The notes beneath the pieces were generated by a model. It did no database searches, was not told the origin of the DNA, and saw only the letters and a list, made by a program, of their open reading frames with translations. Of a stretch of 64,000 bases of DNA, positions 54,101 through 64,000 are shown one piece after another. Numbering within the stretch: position 1 is the stretch's first letter; every line of letters starts with the position of its first letter. The position numbers were made by a program, and so were the translations under genes. Source of the DNA: Lingula anatina (lineage: Eukaryota; Animalia; Brachiopoda); assembly GCA_051362555.1 (NCBI GenBank), contig CM120640.1, forward strand, positions 63,776,788 to 63,840,787, in the 5' to 3' direction.

Positions 54101-57100
54101 GCTATCTCTTTAAACTATTTGTGCATTTAAATTAACGGACGCACCCGCAGAATTCCGGCAATGTGGCAGGCATCTTGATCCCCAAGCTGATTATCTGCAA
54201 AATGAGATTTACGGTACTTGTATTACCACACGGAGATAAATTTGATAAATTTTTCTCGTTTGATCTTATCTCCCTTATTAAACAATCGCGTTCTCAAGTA
54301 GTGTTGCTTTATATCAACAGAGACAGGAGAGCGATAATAAGTATAATCTTAAATTCCTCTTCAGTGGCGTGGGTGTAGAGCCTAAATATAAGTTAAACAA
54401 AGGCCAGTAATCCTGGGCAAAGTAAATGTCCAATTCATCTTTCAATATGGCGTATGACCAAGACAACGACCGTTTGCAGTGGCATGCATGGACAGTGAAA
54501 CGACATGTCAGGGGCTTTGCAAAAATATCTTAATACTTGTAAAGCAGTCTCTCTCTGCAGAGTTAACTCCGTACTTCTTAAGCAGTTAAGGAAGAATTTA
54601 ACATGGTTTGTTGCTAGCTAGACTGTTAATTCATTTTAGGAGAATGTTTTGGTTTAAGTTTCTTCAAAATAAATACATAAAACATATCCATCGGTAAGAT
54701 AAAATAAAATTAAGTGTTTCAATAAACCACAATTTTCGAAGTTAATTGCGTAAAGTGCTTGAAATGAATACTCACGAGAAAGATTTAGCGTCCTTAACTT
54801 GCTATTGCTTTTGACTGCGTCACAAATTGCCTTAGCTCCTTCTGACCGGATATCGTTACTGCTGAGAACCTGATAAAAAGTGTATGAAAATCATGGTTTC
54901 GATTTCATGACAAACGAAAAATAAATGATAAATAAATAAGAAAATAGATAAAAGTACATGATTTTTAAAAACTATGATTTGAACAGAGACCCTTCGTGCC
55001 CTCTAACCAATGAGAGAGGAAAAAAGTTTCCAAAGAAAGGTGAAAATTGCATATTTATCCATTTCTACTTTAATATAATATAATATAATATAATATAATA
55101 TAATATAATATAATATAATATAATATAATATAATATAATATAATTATCTCTGCGGAAAATACCATCGTTAAATAGACGTTATACGTTGCTTTTAGTTTTC
55201 CGATTAGATTCAAGTATAAATCAATATCCCTTTTACAACGGATGAAAGGAGCACGCTTAAACTCAATTTAACACCTAGCTCCACCTTTCATCCACTTTCA
55301 ATGACAATAAAAGGGCGTGCTTCCCAGCAAGTTCAAATAATAGGTGGTGTATCTATTACCTCTCTAAGTAGCAAACACTGTTTGTTTTAAGCCATTAAGT
55401 AATTTCAGCAACCTCATTTCTACCCACGAGTTCGAATAAAATTTTTGATTGGGTAGTACATAATATAAAGCAAGAAAATGTTAACATATCACTCAACATT
55501 AACATGTTTAAAATCAATTTATCAAAATAATTGTAATGTCCTGTTCATAAATATGTCCGTATCTCATTAATCCTAGAAAATGTAATGCGACAGCAATTTA
55601 AAAGTTAATTTATGATATGCCATATTGCATATCTTTTGAACATTTGAATTTTTGTGGAAAATCAAGAAAATCGCGCACCAGTTATGTTCAACATCGCAAA
55701 TATTTACGGTTTGTGTAAACATTGCACCTCAAAAGCCTTGCTCGACCGATTAAAAAAAAAACAATCTTTAACATTATCCTTACATATAACATTACAATGA
55801 ATATAAATCATACATGGACAAAAATAGGCGCTGTGTCTTAAAAGGTTTGCTTTATTGAATAATGCCAATTTGTGGAACTGCTGATATTATACAATAGGTT
55901 AAAATAATTATAGGCCTATAGAGGGAATATTTTGTATCTGTCTTACCAGTTCAGTGATGTAGTTATTCTCAAGCATGAGTTCAGCTATGGCTACAGCACC
56001 TTTGACACCTAGATCATTCTCTGCTGCATTTAAGCGGGTAACGCGTACATTATTCTGCACAAAAAATAACAAAGAACAGAATCATTTTACTACTTGAGAA
56101 CTTTGAGAGAAATCGTCTTGATTGGCAATTCGATGCAATACCATATGAGAATGGATTTTTAAAAAGCATCGCAAAATATAGAAATAACATTTATCTTTTT
56201 ATTTCATATACCTTTTGCAAGTTTTAAATCAAAATATACTGCGGCAGAAGTACATGAAGTAATTTTCTATTCTATCAAATTTCTTACCACGAGAGATATC
56301 ACCACGCTTTTCATGCCTCTCGGTCCCAGGGAGTATCTCTGTAGTTCCATGGCGGGCCCCATCATATTACGAATCACCTGTGATACTGGTATCACCCGCA
56401 GGAGTTGGCATGCTTCCGTGTACATTTTTGTATATTGTTTTTCTTCTTGGGTTTCCTTTAAGTGTTTTTTGTCATTGTGTTGTATGCCTGAAATATATGT
56501 ATTGGAACTTATCTGTCATTGTCAATTTCTAACACAAATTGTAGGCATATCCTTGGGACGCCAAATTTGAAAACCTGTCATCGTTATTTTTTCACCCTAT
56601 TTTATAGACATTAAAATACGCATTAAAAAATCCACTAAAGGACCAGGAATTTCAATGTATCTCAGCCGTTTAAACCTGATTTTACCCTTAACGCACAACT
56701 TAAATAATAGATACAACACAGTATGTGGGTACAACAGCTGACTTGTTTAACCGTATTCCAGTGGCTGAGGGTTATATTTGCAATATGATTATGGGGAGAC
56801 AGGACGTGATGGCGGCAAAGGTCAGATGATATATATTAAAAAGGTAGATGGTAATTTTCATTGAATGTTGACGGCACTGGATAATGTATTATCAAGTTGG
56901 CTCGTTGGTCTAGGGGTATGATTCTCGCTTAGGGTGCGAGAGGTCCCGGGTTCAACTCCCGGACGAGCCCTCTATATGTTTTACATTTTTCGCTTACGGT
57001 GGAGTGTAGCAATAATAAAAATGACCTTTGAGAATTTTGCTATCCTTAACGGCATTCTGTTGATGTTATGTATTTTGTTGCAGTTGGACAGCATTTATAT

Positions 57101-57692
57101 TATTTTCATATGATAAGATACCTTTTATATCCGAAATATCAAGAGTGGTGTCCGCAAATGTAAGCATGCGCGTAAATTCTCGAGCTAGAGTGGGTACACT
57201 CGCATTTTCACTAATTGATAGATCCTGATTACTTAGCGCCAATGTGTGACATGATTCTTCTTTCTGCGTCTCGCTTGGATCTTTTGGATCTTTTTGGCAA
57301 CTGGTAGAAGACAGTTCAATAGACTGTTGTGAAACTAGTCTTTCCAATTCAGACTCAAATTTATCCTCACTATGCGGCTCATTGTCGTTCCAGTCATGAC
57401 CTGCTCTATTGAAAGATTTTTCCAGTTTTCTATCGCTGTATGACTGGGAAGTTTTTCTTTCTTTGTTGGAGATCTTAGTGGTGGCACGACTGAGGAATAA
57501 GGTAGTTGTGCGACTGCCCACGGCTCCAGAATGAATCTTAGAATACACATGATGACGGCTTTCCAGTGGGTCTTCATTAAATGCCTTTTTCTGCGATATG
57601 CCAGTATCCCCCCTCGTTAAATTCTGTGAGAGGGTGGTCGATGTTTTTCCATAGGATCGATTCAAAGGAGAGTCACCCATCGTCATATGCAT
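50907..57692 (-). CDS. LRRC74A: LRRC74A/B-like leucine-rich repeat protein with C-terminal EF-hand-like region, ~666 aa
   Basis: Twelve phase-consistent exons: 57122-57692, 56288-56487, 55947-56054, 54776-54869, 54145-54194, 53710-53791, 53300-53385, 52586-52780, 52145-52237, 51614-51883, 51312-51394, 50907-51075 (2001 nt). MYTEACQLLRVIPVSQVIRNM...LGPRGMKSVVISLVNN...LMLENNYITEL...LDLSWNHLRGKGGVGICRGLQENVGLRKLNLSWNGLG matches recalled LRRC74 motifs. A versus B cannot be distinguished. A likely non-coding exon ends near 57959. Confidence 0.87.
51090..51143. repeat. (TA)n microsatellite next to the last acceptor of LRRC74
   Basis: Direct inspection. Confidence 0.9.
55071..55144. repeat. (TAATA)n pentanucleotide repeat
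   Basis: About 15 copies by direct inspection. Confidence 0.9.
56899..56970 (+). tRNA. tRNA-Pro-AGG: tRNA-Pro (anticodon AGG), intronic and antisense within LRRC74
   Basis: 72 nt, identical to the copy at 6141-6212; TTTT terminator at ~56979-56982. Confidence 0.97.
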
Positions 57693-60600
57693 AATGTTTT
57701 ACAGAATGTTACGATTCTTTTCTATCCAGCGTATGTTGTGAAAGGAATGTAGGACGGCAGCTCATAATGGCTATTATGGCAAAGCTCTGGAAAAAAGAAA
57801 GAAAACAACACTAGTATGTACGTATCTAACGAATTAGAGCAAAACGGATCAAATAGCTCTTGTGGTGCTATTCACGTGTGTTTATAATGCAGTTATTCGA
57901 CAAGATAAGTCCCCCTATTGTGCAAACATAAACGTTATTTGAGATGACACTCCTTTACCTAATCCCCATATAAAAGACCAATTGTGCATGACTGTGCATT
58001 TTTTCCAGCCGAGACACTTCTTCTCAATTTACTGAAATCGTTTCTGTTTGTCATAACGTCAGATTATGATTGATCGAAATGCGTGACACCTAAAGCCTTT
58101 CAGAAAATATTAGTTCTTAACCCGAGAAGGCTGGTTACATTTGCAACAAGAACGCGATTAAAGTTTTGGATGCGATGTGTATATATTTGTATAATTTGAT
58201 CGTATAAAGCCAACGTTAATCAACTGTTGTCGTTCCAGTGTCGTTGTGTATTTGATACGAACATAATGGTACAGAAGAGCGTTTATACCTAATAGGCGGT
58301 CAGTTGTTAGGTAGGTCATAACGATGGTCTCTTCTCGGATTTTCTTCTGACAGACCACGACCTTAACAGTTGTCATGCAGATTTTCCTTAAATCGAAATG
58401 AAATGCGCGCGCGCGTGTGTTCACCATGCACTTAGACCCGTACACTGGACAAAATGTTTTGTACACAAGTCAAGAGATCATGTACATGAAAATGACCAGT
58501 TATCTTCACGCAACAAATAAAATAGGACGTTTACTGTCTTCATCAGTCCTGTCATATCATTGATAGAAAGACGTCAAATGAGGTCCCAGAAAAATGTGGA
58601 AAAAAGATAATAAAGGGAAGTCATGAAATATAAATATACATCGCTACTTTCAATGATTACACAAATAATGCACATTCTTGTACATGTAGATACCCGACAG
58701 ATGTTGTAATTTGGACATTAAAATCCTTAGTGCCACAACATTCAGTTATATCATAACAAACGCATAATCTATATTATGGACATTGTTGACACCTAATGAC
58801 CGCTAATGCATTCTCTTGAAATCATGTTTGCAAACTGTGATGTATTTGTGTTGACAATGACTTTGAAGTATTGAAATGTGATTTCGAAAAATCGAATTAA
58901 ACACATCAAATGAATCGCTGGTCCATACACTGACCGTTGAACGAGGAAACCCTTCTAGTCCAGCCTACACTAATATGTCTTCTTCCTTTTCCACGGACAG
59001 ATGTTAAAATTATTCCGTGTTTTTCATTCTAGAGGTATTAGTAAGCACCTCCGTTCAGTATTTGGGATAATTGAAAACTGGTCTCGTGCCGCGTGATCTT
59101 TTACAGAACTGAAATTTACGAATTGAAGGAGTTTATCTGAATAAGATTCACAAATGCGACAGTATTGTTCAGAGAGATGGCTTAAAGGGAATTTCGTGAA
59201 AAGAGTTCTTTTTCAGTTCTTTCGCAGTCATTTCTTATGAACGGTCGATGATGTCCACTTAATGACGATCGATATCCCATTCATTTTTTCCAGACAAAAG
59301 AAAGCGTAAAAACAACGAGTAGGTCTTATGATAAAGGCATATTGAACTAGACATTCGCCGTATCCAGGATAACGCCATTTACAGATGAAAGTTAGCAGGT
59401 CCGTCTTTCCTCTGTCGCTAAGGAGAAAGACTAATCAATGATTGTTTCTTTTGTAATGAAGAACAACGTTCCCAGGAAAAATGAAATCTTCATATGAAAT
59501 TATTTAGAATAACGAGTTAGTTTTTTTTTCTTTCGGGTTATGGGCTTTGGTTGTTTTAATCAAATGTTCTCTACAGTTATCTTTTGCAACTTCTTTAAAT
59601 TTCTGATCTTTAAAAGTGTTTTTTTTTAATACCAGAAAATGTGGAAGAAACAATAAAAATTGTCTCAAACTAACAACAAAAAATTGAAGCTAAATTTACA
59701 TGTTTGTGAATGGCACTTATTTGATATATCATATCTGTTTTATTTGCGCTCCACTTTATCTAAGGAGCCTGATAAGACGTATTATATTGAGCCTGACGAT
59801 GAGAACACGGCTCATGGCAGGAAACTGTCTGGAAATGACCAAAAGAGTAAAACTGGTTTGAACTTAGAATAAAAATTAATAGACTGTCATAAAAAGAGCT
59901 TGAGAAAGTGCTAATAACTATGAACAGCTACTGGGCCATGAAGTCATACACAGGGCATTAAATACTATAGTAGGACAAAATTAAAAGAATAGGTTTGTCG
60001 AGTATCGAAATGTAAATGCCAGACACGCTCGATAACGCTGTTCCTGAGAGCATAGGAAACAATTCACTTCACAAATCACGTTTTACGCATCAATCCAGTT
60101 ACCACAATGACACTATTCTTAAGACTAAGCTAATCAATGTTTTATGTCAATATTTATGCCGCCTATAAATTGTACAATAACTTCGTCTCTAACTTCTGTT
60201 GGCAGTAATGTGTTAATTTGCTGATATTTGCTCGTAGTTTGTCACTGTGAGCATAAACTACTGCATGCACGGAGTTCTTGTGTTATAAAAAGTAGAGCAT
60301 AGCAACATCAAAACAATTTAGCATGCAAGTGTAAATTATTTACGCTGCTACATCACACCCAGTCTATTCGATGGACCGTGAGTTTATACCATTCAAAGGT
60401 TGTAGCTTGTTGAGAGAGAAATAAATCAAAATACCAGATTCATCATTCCAAGCCCATGTACATTTACCCCCTAGAGTGTTTTTAAGGGAACTCAAAGTTT
60501 TCAGCCTGCCAAGTACATAAAATGGAGCTATCTCTTAAGGTTTTAAATTAAAATTTTAAAGAAATGAGAACTAAGTGGCATTCAAGAGAAATATACCAGT

Positions 60601-62210
60601 GCTTCCCTCTCTCTGGTCTTACTTAAGACCTAATATGAAAAGAAATATTATCATATTACCTTTGCTCGTGTAATGATGGAAATTGCCGATGATACATGTA
60701 CAAGTGCATGGTTGCTGACACCGTGGGATAACCAGGACTGAAAATCCAAACGCTGACAAAGCTTAAATCCAATTATATGTTATAGAACACAATAAGCGAT
60801 GTTTGTGTGCGTAGCGTATTTCATTCTTTTGCCGGTGTTAGATCCATTTTTGCCCCCTTCCTGCGACCACGATTATCCAAAGAAATGACAGCTTAAGAGG
60901 CGTCTGTGTAACCATGGCGGTCGTATTGGTTAAATATTAGTGTAATATTTCATCTCCGGCTGAAAGATTATACCCGTATTGAAGTAAAGATTAAACACGT
61001 AGCCTAGGCTATCTAGGTCCTGTATCGTATGTCACAGGGGGATAAATGTCGCCCTGACGATGAAATTAGGCTTCCGAGTCAACACGATAGACTCATGCGT
61101 TCACAGATTAACTTCTGTTTACCGCGTGGACCTCGGGTTTCATATGGGAACGTTAAGGTATTAGATTACGCGGTGCGTTCATTGAGAGCGCTAATAGTAA
61201 AAACACATAAGGTTTTTCATGACTAAATGTCGTCATACATTCTCATACGATTTATTCCGCCTTTTTGTGTTCTGGGGTTAATCGACCAGAATTAAAACGA
61301 CAACAAACCGTCCCTCATGTCGTAAGGTCAACAACTATAATGGCCCTGCTAAAGGTTACCGGTTTAAATCTTACTTCACCTCGTTTCTATATGTTCAGCT
61401 GTTCAGATATACATGTAGCAGTACATGTACGAAAACGCGAAACAAATGAGAGAGAGAATAAAAAACAAGACTCCCTATTTTTCTTTTTCCTTTACAGACT
61501 TCTTCTTTTTATCGCTGCCGTCATGACATACAGCTATATAGTTCTTCCGAAGAACTATATATATTGAGTGTAAGCAATTGGCCCTCAAAAAGAATGCCAG
61601 TACACGTAGTCAATAACACTGACGTAACCAAGATAATAAGGGATCAAAAATTAAATTGATACAAAGGAAAATTGGGAAAACTGTGTTTCTGTACAGGTTT
61701 GCCTGTAATGGTATTTCGCGTGTTTTACAGCGCTGCGTATAGGCCTATATATATGTTTGGCATCAGCTTGCCTTGGGAAAGTTTGGTTTGTAGGAAGGTG
61801 GGGCATGTACAAACACGTACGCTAAGTTAAAAACTGTTGGTGTTTTTTTTTTAATATATAATTTTACCGTGACTATTGGCAGAAGCAATCTTGTAAAGCA
61901 GGGAAAACGCGAAATGGAATATTTTAAAATCAGCAATTTATGTTCCCGTGGCGTTTTCTTTGGTAGAATGTGACGTGTTCTCCCCACTGGGATTCATGTA
62001 GATGTAGCAAAGTAGGTTTAATGAGCAATGTTTGGGGGGGGGGGGGGGGGAGAATGAAGAAGAAAATAAATCAATTTCTTGAATTAACAACCATACTCGA
62101 TGCGTTTTCTCACGGAAGTACATGTATACAGGTACAAGGGTATCTATAGAGGGCCCATGACCTTTAATTTATTTTACAGACAAAGAAAACAGCTTAAGTA
62201 GCAGTCTCTG

Positions 62211-63660
62211 TAAGGTTCAGAATAGGGTGGCACATGACCCTCTCAGATTTTGATGAAAATTGGTGTATTTGTTCATTATAGCCCCAAACCAACATAATGG
62301 ATATTGGTTTGTTTGAATCACCCTCGGTTGCCATGGTAACAGCACTTAAAAATTTTCACCCAAGATGGCGGAATCCAGATTGCAAAATTTCAATTTCAGC
62401 TATATTTGAGCTAAAAAAACCATAAATGTGGATAAATAAACATTTTTCATTTTCAGACATTGTTAAATATCATATCCTATTTGAACTAAAAACATATAAA
62501 TAAATGTTTTTGGTGGCCTTTAAAAATTAGAAAAATAACTTTGAAAATGGGGAATTTTCAAAAATTCCAATTTTTGCTAAAATGCCCAAATTTGCAAATT
62601 TCAAATACATTTTTCATAGACTGGCCAAAGCCATCTATTATCACCATACATTACATAAGAAAGTACATGTACTGTCCTTTTATAATCAAAAATAAAATTT
62701 TTTTCAAACACATTTTTCAAAAAATTATTCAAATTTTAAAATTCTTAATCCAAGATGGCGGCAACCAAATTGCACATTTTACATACTTGTGTATATTAAA
62801 AATAACAATCATGGTTAAACACATATTTTATATTTGTATGTTGCTAAATTCCAAATCTTGATTAATTGAAAAACATAAAAAATATTATTTTTTGCTGGCC
62901 TTTAAAAATTAAAAAAATAACTTTGAAAATGGGGAATTTTCAAAAATTCAAAATTTTGCTAAAATGCCCAAATTTGCCATTTTCAAATACACTTTTCATA
63001 GACTGGCCAAAGCCACCTATTATTGACATACATTACATAAGGAAGTTCATATACTGAACTGTTTTAATCAAAAATAAAATTTTTTTCAAACACATTTTTC
63101 AAAAAATTATTCAAATTTTAAAATTCTTAATCCAAGATGGCGGCAATCAAATGGCAAAATGTCCCTATTTCTGCTTTAAACTAAACAAGCATGGATAAAA
63201 CACACATTTCATTTTAGTATCCTGCTAAATATTATATCTTGATTTAGTCAAATGCATATTACTTAATATTTTAAACAGTCCTAAAAATTTAGAAAAACAA
63301 CTCTAAAAATGGCAGATTTCCAAAATTTCAAATTTTAGCTAAAATGCCCAAATTTTGCCATTTTTAAATACATTTTTCATAGACTGGCCAAACCCACCTA
63401 ATATTGTCATACATTATAAGTAAATGTTTTGAGTTAATATTATAAAAAAATCTTTTTTCAAACATTTAAAAAAAAATGCAAATTTTTAAATTCACAATTC
63501 AAGATGGCGTCAACCAAATTTTCCATTTTTCGCTATTTCTACTTTAAAAATGGATTAAAATACAAATTTTGTACTTGTGTCCTGCTAAATAACTTGATTT
63601 AGTCAAAAGCACACAGGTAAATATTTTTGTGATCTTTAAAAAAAACTTTAAAATGATGAA
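62211..63660. repeat. Transposon-like repeat with ~3.5 tandem units of 370-390 bp
   Basis: Units marked by CAAGATGGCG at 62361, 62751, 63133 and 63500, sharing TTTTTCATAGACTGGCCAAA and GCTAAAATGCCCAAATTT. Perfect GTTGCCATGGTAAC at 62327-62340. Termini not resolved. Confidence 0.75.
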
Positions 63661-63697
63661 TTTTCACAATGGGACAATGGGTGTTAATCTTTCAAGG

Positions 63698-64000
63698 TCA
63701 TACAATAACAGCAATGTGGTGGTATTCTTTTGGTTGACATCCAATAGTTGAGAAATATCTCCTACCAGTCTCAGCTTCAGTTTCAATCTCTTGTGGACTT
63801 TCTACCACTGTCCAGGAAAAAAATTCCCTTATTCATAAAATACTGTCTATAATGTGCGTGGATTTAGCAGTGCCCACCCCAGATTAGTTAACATTTTTAT
63901 TTGATTCTTTTAATTGTATATGAATATATTTTAAACAAGTCACAGTGAATTAAAACATGTGGACTTACCAATGGACTTTGGTAAGTTATTTTTTCTTATT
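63698..64000 (-). CDS. Probable last two coding exons of an unidentified gene entering from the right
   Basis: Exon >64000-63969 with donor G|GTAAGT, and exon 63807-63698 with acceptor TTTTTTTCCTGGACAG|. Phases join to ...IRKNNLPKSIVVESPQEIETEAETGRRYFSTIGCQPKEYHHIAVIV*. Locally CpG-poor like the AHI1 gene body. No family recognised. Confidence 0.45.

Noticed and set aside
58520-58552. Possible minimal hammerhead ribozyme (minus strand CTGATGAAGACAGTAAACGTC)
   Set aside because: No stem II, GAAA replaced by TAAA, and stem I does not pair.
59765-59872. Exon-like ORF EPDKTYYIEPDDEN...
   Set aside because: Weak acceptor, no partner coding exons found on the plus strand, no recognisable homology.

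Overview
AT-rich invertebrate animal genomic DNA with spliceosomal introns; the repeat types look lophotrochozoan/mollusc-like, but the species cannot be determined. Left to right: the 5' nine coding exons of AHI1/Jouberin (-), with a tRNA-Pro(AGG) gene about 140 bp upstream of its ATG; a 1.95-kb defective pogo-like transposon; a complete 3-coding-exon ANKRD66 (+); and a Beta3/BHLHE22-23 neural bHLH gene with a single-exon CDS (-) and a TATA/Inr promoter. Next comes a ~35-kb region with no convincing CDS. It holds a tRNA-Pro pseudogene, several MITEs and, invisible to the ORF track, a mir-124 hairpin (-) with a plausible spliced host-transcript promoter about 4 kb upstream. Then a complete 12-coding-exon LRRC74-like gene (-) with a second, identical tRNA-Pro(AGG) in one intron, a tandem-unit repeat carrying a perfect RFX X-box, and probably the last exons of another minus-strand gene. 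The most notable observation is the tandem mir-124 to Beta3/bHLHe22 neural locus, bracketed by two identical outward-facing tRNA genes and flanked by cilia-associated genes. All exon models and family calls were made by eye from splice sites, reading-frame phase and recalled protein motifs; no database searches were run.
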